From contig CDMY01000959.1 of the NCBI GenBank assembly GCA_001179505.1, forward strand, positions 1-7,945: a stretch of DNA of 7,945 bases. The letters run 5' to 3'. The translations under genes and the position numbers were made by a program. The notes beneath the pieces are model-generated. The model was given only the letters and a program-made list of their open reading frames with translations, did no database searches and had not been told where the DNA came from. Position 1 is the first letter of the stretch, and every line of letters begins with the position of its first letter. Shown here one piece after another: positions 5,201 through 7,945 of the stretch. This DNA is from Vitrella brassicaformis CCMP3155 (Eukaryota; Protista; Chromerida).

Positions 5201-7945
5201 AACTCATCGAGCTGCGACGCAGGAGGTTTATAAAGAAGAGCCGCACAACCGGGAACCTTGTCGATGGGAACGACGGCCACACTGAAAGGAGGCACGCACG
5301 GACTGGTGTTGCATTCGTTGCGTGTGGGTGCCTACCTCCCTGTGTCCGCGAGTGTTTTTGCCTCTCCGTCTTCAATGGTGAGCTGGACTGTGTAAACACC
5401 GGTATCATATTCGTCAGTAATGTCTTTGTCGACACCGCTGGACACCACCTGACCGTTCACGCTGTACGTCCACTTCTCCACACTCTGGTTTAGAGACACA
5501 GGCAGATTAACCATCAGTTCACTTATGCATACCTGCGCATCCTTTTGTCACAGCTAACCATCTTTGGCTCGTGTGTGTGGCTGAAGTGCCCCATGAGCAG
5601 TAGACTCTCTTTCCCGTCGCCATCGTAGTCGACCACATAGCCACCAGGTGGCAGATCCAGCACCGGGTGCAAATAGTGGGGCTCGCCTTTGTTGACGCCG
5701 CGGCCTGTTACTGTCATGAACCTGGTCTCGAAGTCAGGCCCCATGAAGGCCACAATGAGCCCGAAGTCTCCAGCATTCTCGGCAGCGAACCCGATGCGCA
5801 TGGGGACGGTCGCCTTGGACGTGATCTCCAGCGGCTATTTGAGGACAACGTCCCCGGGGACGTCAAGGGTGAATGCACCCGGAATGGATACCTGGATGCC
5901 ATCATCGGAGCCGAACGCCACTACCCGGGTGATGGTGGCCTGTTGCCTTGACGATAGGGGCGCCTGGATGCCCTTGCCGCTGCCCCCATAGCTCAGAGGA
6001 GTGATGAGACCCATCTGTATGCCGCTCTGCACGTCGAGCATGGCCTCCTTATTGGTTACATCGGCTGAAATTAACACACGAAGCTGCGACAGAGAGAGGA
6101 ACACGTCGGCACGCTCGCTGGATATCCCTTCTCTGTTACGTGTTTGGATAGCTTGAGCGAGGTGACGACAGGTCCATCCGCAGTATCGGCTCCAGTCCAC
6201 GTGACCTCTACGGTCGAAGTCTCTCCCGCCTTCAGTGTGACCTCCGCGGGATCCACAGTGAATTGGGCATCGTTTCCACCCTCGAATGATATGGGAAGCT
6301 TCACGTCGCGGCTGTCCCTGTTCTCAATTGTAAGCGTCTGACAGGCAAGACACACCATGAGCCAGACAGGCAGGAGGGTTGTTGAGTGGAGCGCTGTGCC
6401 TCTTTCGATTTGACACACCTGTGTAGGCGTTTCCGGTGCGAATGCAATTGCGGTGAACGGTTCCGTCTGTGTGGGGCTATCAGCCGTGACGGTGATATCC
6501 AGCACCACTTCGGTGGCATAGACCTCGATGGCCGTGAGCCATGACTTGCTCTTCACCGCTTCGCCCCTGATGTCAATGGTGTTGTCCTCGATTACCGCCA
6601 TGGGCGTCTCGACTTTGACGATGGTGCCGAAGGGCTCGTTTGGGCCGTTGTAGACAGTCACGGTGGAGTTGCCAACGACATCCTGCGCTCTCGTGTCCTT
6701 TGATATAAACCTGACCTCCTTTCAGAAGGGACGGCAGGCGGAAAGACAATTGAAATTTGCAGACAGATAGGTGTTCTGGGTCAATTCGGTCTTTTATACC
6801 TTGGGGCCTTCAGGGGCGACGAGGACCGCGGCTATGGCATAGGTGTCAAAATCACTGAGCACTTGGTTGTTCTCTACGAAGACGTTTTGGACACGCCGTC
6901 CTGGTTTCCCTTTGTGGAGGACCTAACGCATATATCCTTGTCCATAACCATGTTTTGGTTCGGAAAGACACACGTGTTTACCTCAGCAAAGTAGAGATTG
7001 ACGACGACGGTGACGGGGGACTCCACTGGAATAGAGTAGATGAAATTTTCACGACCCGTGTGGGCGAGGGGCTCCATAGGAAGAGACTTCCACTGATTGA
7101 GAAACGACGAGTGCAAACATACAAACGGTCGCAGACAGGTCCACTCGTGTGTGTATTCACGGCGTGCTTATGCAGCTTACGAAGACCCTCTCATTATAGA
7201 CGCCCGCAGAGCCGGCCTGCACAGTGAAGTATTTGTGCTGTTGCCATTTCTTGTCATATACATCCTGGTGGGGCGGGCCGCCCACATTGATCCGCAGAGG
7301 CCACTCTTCCCCAGGCTCATCCCAAGGGGGCTCTAATCATCCATGCACATATGAGCAGGGAATGGAAAGGGTGTCCATCCATGGTCAAACTCAAGGGAGT
7401 CTGATTACCCTCTCCTGGGCAGTATTTGGGGCCGAACACGAAGTCCATGTCCTTGTTCTTCTTGTTCTTCTCAGGACTGAATGTGTTGCCCTGGTCGGCA
7501 AGAAGGAAACAGTCGATCTCATTCACGTCATGGCGCTCTGCCACAGGGGAGGATGTGCATCTTTCGGTGGCTGTCCTGTATGCGACGTGAACCTACGTTC
7601 ATTGTGGTAGTGCCCCTTTTTTAACTGGTAGACAAAAGCCTTGCAGTCGGGATTGCCCATACACTGGACCTGGCACCAATGTGGAGTTTGATATCCCTTT
7701 TGAACCACGCCATAACTAAAAACAAAAAAGAAGTACCAATATACATTTACGTCGTTTCATGATTGCCGTCACCCACTGCCGACGGTCAACTACTGGCGCA
7801 TTGGATGCTGTGTTCGGAGAGAAACACCCAGCGCTGTCATCTGAGTCGGAGCTGTCGTCCCGTGCAATCACGCGCTCCTGTGCACCTCCTTCTTGCATAC
7901 CCTGACCATCTATTTTCAACATATTTTCCGGGTCCCCGCATGCTT
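1734..7945 (-). CDS. Large multi-exon, probably secreted multidomain protein (Apple-malectin-Ig-Ig-PKD-PA14-IPT-GSDH-like propeller-IPT); 5' end outside the window
   Basis: Hand-built exons in transcript order: 7945-7777, 7715-7597, 7537-7409, 7332-7181, 7092-6982, 6922-6800, 6718-6419, 6337-6140, 6083-5892, 5834-5559, 5484-5336, 5281-5035, 4956-4747, 4685-4419, 4358-4187, 4121-3985, 3929-3893, 3826-3762, 3704-3635, 3571-3438, 3358-3212, 3152-2987 (3' boundary uncertain), 2859-2611, 2561-2410, 2338-2221, 2145-2095, 2039-1936, 1883-1734. Every junction is GT..AG with matching phase, and recognisable domain motifs run across junctions (e.g. LYFAE|VLHKGKPGRRV, IIGFG|FDPF, GGMTNI|GWP). Stop TAA at 1736-1734. 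Confidence 0.9.
2250..4280 (-). other. Glucose/sorbosone dehydrogenase-like (soluble quinoprotein type) beta-propeller (exons 15-25)
   Basis: Blade motifs WGPDRRLYMSD, IGFGFDP..IYVAHS, VDGLPVSNHDHGLNGISFDNSGSLYLPIGGMTN, GIRNAYDTVYTTKGQLWTSSNG, AYHGLPN, SSTNGIAEF and VVYGPG are typical of the GSDH/sGDH-like family. Confidence 0.8.
4290..4630 (-). other. IPT/TIG domain 1 (exons 14-15)
   Basis: PPFINRISPTRGHVSGGQKITIEGAGF...LSVSVRTPHGVSKKKRFEY is the canonical P.I..isP..G...GG..itI.G.gF...V.V.t..G.S...F.Y pattern. Confidence 0.85.
4640..5260 (-). other. PA14-like beta-sandwich domain (exons 12-14)
   Basis: DVILRAK|GTLKV...MLRVNGE...KLPNGSHDFEISW follows the strand order of PA14 (R..G.l.v / l.inG / L..G.H.iei). 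The match is divergent and by eye only. Confidence 0.4.
5270..5690 (-). other. PKD-like Ig domain (exons 10-12)
   Basis: VVDYDGDGKESLLLMGHFSHTHEP...EKWTYSVNGQVVSSG...GVYTVQLTIEDGEAKT matches the DxDGDG.E / W..nG / G.ytV.LTv.D pattern of PKD/K319L-like repeats. Confidence 0.6.
5698..6480 (-). other. Two tandem ASH / choice-of-anchor-D-like Ig-fold domains (exons 7-10)
   Basis: TLTIENRDSRDVKLPISFEGGNDAQFTVDPAEVTLKAGETSTVEVTW and ITRVVAFG...PLEITSKATVPMRIGFAAENAG...FMTVTGRG resemble the ti.N.G / F.v.p / l.pG.s..v.v.F.P..G / l.G.G pattern of this fold. Confidence 0.6.
6518..7302 (-). other. Malectin-like carbohydrate-binding domain (exons 4-7)
   Basis: Spliced LRINVGG..DVYDKKW..., TGRENFIYSIPV...VNLYFAE, GRRVQNVFVENNQVLSDFD, and the ending IDIRGE...WLTAIEVY follow the malectin motif order (INxGG, RxxxFxYxIP, LxFAE, RVFxV, DFD, AIEV). 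Confidence 0.8.
7419..7826 (-). other. PAN/Apple domain (exons 1-3 of the gene)
   Basis: Spliced CFSPNT...TPHWCQVQCMGNPDCKAFVY...DCFLL...FVFGPKYC has six cysteines in PAN/Apple spacing and the terminal GPKxC motif. Confidence 0.8.

Noticed and set aside
1566-7610. Plus-strand ORFs such as 1566-1949, 2571-3035, 3507-3830, 4808-5233, 5689-5991, 6955-7227 and 7224-7610
   Set aside because: They lie antisense to well-supported exons, have no recognisable motifs, and are expected shadows in GC-rich coding DNA.
7716-7922. MKRRKCILVLLFCF as a signal peptide and gene start
   Set aside because: It is the translation of intron 7716-7776 (the T-rich tract ending in the TAG acceptor). Splicing it out restores the Apple domain, and the frame stays open to the window edge.
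1734-7945. Reading the minus-strand ORF fragments as a bacterial operon or a heavily frameshifted pseudogene
   Set aside because: Almost every frame change is explained by a phase-compatible 49-88 nt GT-AG intron. Only the 2990 site, and possibly the 5835 TAG, remain unexplained.
1-7945. rRNA, tRNA, CRISPR arrays or transposase genes
   Set aside because: No such motifs, cloverleaf structures or spaced direct repeats were seen.

Overview
Eukaryotic genomic DNA. Positions 1734 to >7945 on the minus strand hold one large, intron-dense gene whose 5' end lies beyond the window. I reconstructed 28 exons and 27 GT-AG introns by hand (26 introns are 49-88 nt; one junction is ambiguous), giving about 1460 visible codons ending ...SWLWADPGDAIN-TAA at 1734-1736. 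Most ORFs in the track are fragments of this gene, read-through into its introns, or antisense shadows. The spliced protein looks extracellular and modular: PAN/Apple - malectin-like - two ASH/choice-of-anchor-D-like Ig domains - PKD-like - PA14-like - IPT/TIG - glucose/sorbosone-dehydrogenase-like beta-propeller - IPT/TIG. Domain names come from motif recognition, not a database search. Two spots need checking: an in-frame TAG at 5835-5837, most simply the acceptor of a 57-nt intron, and a possible 1-nt frameshift at 2990-2993. The rest of the window has a 300-N gap (1151-1450), a (TG)n microsatellite, a perfect 18-bp palindrome and unresolved overlapping open frames at 1-590. The intron style and Apple domain suggest a chromerid/apicomplexan-related alveolate such as Vitrella, but that is inference only.
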